NCBI RefSeq assembly: GCF_947568905.1
Contig: NC_079171.1
Span: forward strand, 37,262,001-37,326,000
DNA: 64,000 nucleotides
Source: Ostrea edulis
Taxonomy: Eukaryota
Direction: 5' to 3'
The notes under the pieces are model-generated. The model was given only the letters and a program-made list of their open reading frames with translations, did no database searches and was not told the origin of the DNA. Positions 62,174 through 64,000 of the stretch are shown here, piece by piece. The position numbers were made by a program, and so were the translations under genes. How positions within the stretch are numbered: position 1 is the stretch's first letter; each line of letters begins with the position of its first letter.

Positions 62174-63079
62174 ATGGCAACAGCTATATCGTTTGCCCAG
62201 CACTACATTGAATGTGAAAACTGTGAGGAAAATCCAGCACAGTTCCTGTGTAAAACATGTTCAGGTCATCTGTGTGACGCATGTAAGGCAGAGCATGAAA
62301 GGCGAAAAATAACCCGGAATCACGAAGTCATACACCTGACCTCAGAGAAAGGGGATATAATGGAACGGTTGTATTGTTCAAAGCACAGAAACGAAAAGCT
62401 GAAGTGTTACTGCTCTCCCTGCCAGACTCCAGTATGTACCCACTGTCTGTTGGAAACTCATAATTGTCATGAAGTGGAAAATCTGGCTATTGTCTACAGC
62501 AGAATCCAAGACGAACTTCTAAAAGACAAGAAGGAGATAGAACTAACACTTCTGCCGAAATATAAAGAAATGTTAGCGAAGGAAACTGAAAAGGAAGCGA
62601 ATATATCAAAGCGAATTGACGAAGTGGAAAAACAAATAGAGGATCATACAGACAATATAATCAAACGATTCACAGCAATCAAAGAGAATTGGGTACAAGA
62701 CCTTCGACAAGAGAAGGAAAAGGCACAAAAGTCGGTTGCGAAATCCAAAACTGAAATCGAGAGACGAATAAAAGCATTAAACGAAATTAAAACCCAAATA
62801 TCAAACAACTTAGGTGCAAGGCCAGGGATTATATTTTTCAAAGCTACAGATGACAACAGCTTATACAAAATGCGACGATTTCCAAATGCAATTGAATACA
62901 AACTCGGTAACTTTTCTCCCGGTGACATTGATCAAATAACACGGGATATTGACTTTGGGAAAGTCCCTACATATAATATGAGGAGTTTATCACAATATGG
63001 TCTCTTGTTGTCATCTCACCATGACATATTCCAGAAAAGCAATCCCTTTTTTAGGGCATTTTTCCTAGATGAAAAGTAA
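62174..63079 (+). CDS. Two-B-box + coiled-coil protein with no RING and no NHL (copy 2, 301 aa)
   Basis: Acceptor cttctttttgcag, ATG at 62174. Uninterrupted ORF paralogous to 27557-28492. Confidence 0.8.
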   Translation: MATAISFAQHYIECENCEENPAQFLCKTCSGHLCDACKAEHERRKITRNHEVIHLTSEKGDIMERLYCSKHRNEKLKCYCSPCQTPVCTHCLLETHNCHEVENLAIVYSRIQDELLKDKKEIELTLLPKYKEMLAKETEKEANISKRIDEVEKQIEDHTDNIIKRFTAIKENWVQDLRQEKEKAQKSVAKSKTEIERRIKALNEIKTQISNNLGARPGIIFFKATDDNSLYKMRRFPNAIEYKLGNFSPGDIDQITRDIDFGKVPTYNMRSLSQYGLLLSSHHDIFQKSNPFFRAFFLDEK

Positions 63080-63381
63080 TTTTAGATGGTGATATTTGAT
63101 TAAACAAATGCAATGATTATATATTGTTAGTTTAGTGGCAAACTGTAAGAACTTTCTTTGCAACGATAACGTTTTCATCAAATGAAATTTCGCCTTTATT
63201 TTCTTGCTGAATAATACGCCATTTTCATTTTCCGGCGGACTTAAGGCAAAGACCATACGTTGAAATTTAAATTGCTTTGAAAAATTTTTTTTTGGCAGAT
63301 GTTTTCCAAGATCACTTGACTGACAAAAATCAGTAATGTACTTTTACTCAAAAACTATAAAAGGATTTCAAAATCATGGTT

Positions 63382-63384
63382 TAT

Positions 63385-63441
<57 letters not shown>
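63382..63441. repeat. (TA)n microsatellite
   Basis: Direct reading. Confidence 0.95.
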
Positions 63442-63444
<3 letters not shown>

Positions 63445-64000
63445 TGACATACATTTATTAATGGTAAATATCTGTTGAACACTCACCTCAAACTGTTTCA
63501 AGTTAAGTATGACAGTTTTCTTTCTTTACAGAAGGTCAAAGTATGGTATATTTTTCGAAATATTTCTCACATGTAACCTTCGTTACTGATTTCTTGACAT
63601 GATAATATATTAAGATATACATTAATTGTCCATGTATTATTCCCTAACTTGTATTGGAATTAACTGAGCATATATATTTTGTTGATTTGCGAAAGACAAT
63701 AAATACAAGAAGAAAATATTTAATCAACACAACAAGAAATTATCCGCTGTAAATGTCAGTAACAAGATTTTAAAAACGCAAGATAAACGACTAGATACCA
63801 CTTTCAATATCTTTGAAATGGCAGAAAATAAAATTGATTAACAAATATTCTCGAACAGTTCAATATTTATAAATTATGAAAACAAAAAACTAACAATAGA
63901 TATAGAACTATATTTTTTCTGTATGTAAATGAAATAGCGATATAATTATGTAACGTATGTTTCAACACTTACACAACAGTACATCTATAAAAATATTATC

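Overview
AT-rich eukaryotic DNA, most likely an oyster-type bivalve (inferred from the B-box/NHL TRIM family and the repeat types; not provable from the window alone). The backbone is a roughly 32-35 kb tandem duplication. Each unit holds one B-box/coiled-coil/NHL TRIM-like gene (copy 1 clearly pseudogenised, copy 2 frameshifted) and one intact B-box/coiled-coil-only gene. The units are packed with different transposons: a Tx1/L1-type LINE, a CR1/L2-type LINE, an ISL2EU-type element, a Crypton-like tyrosine recombinase gene, two Kolobok-type elements, a Tc1 element, Gypsy and Penelope-like remnants, Helentron-like elements, SINEs and MITEs. Main observations: (1) a 351-nt repeat family in which each copy carries a minimal hammerhead ribozyme motif (retrozyme-like; 7 copies, 2 in tandem); (2) an ISL2EU element whose transposase and YqaJ genes are reciprocally interleaved on opposite strands, the last exon of each lying in the last intron of the other with consistent splice phases; (3) a LINE ORF1 that ends in an IMPACT/YigZ (UPF0029)-like domain; (4) a 2A-like peptide plus PHD finger at the start of the second LINE. 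All translations, alignments and folds were done by eye, and most element boundaries are approximate unless a TIR or TSD is quoted. Novelty was not checked against any database.
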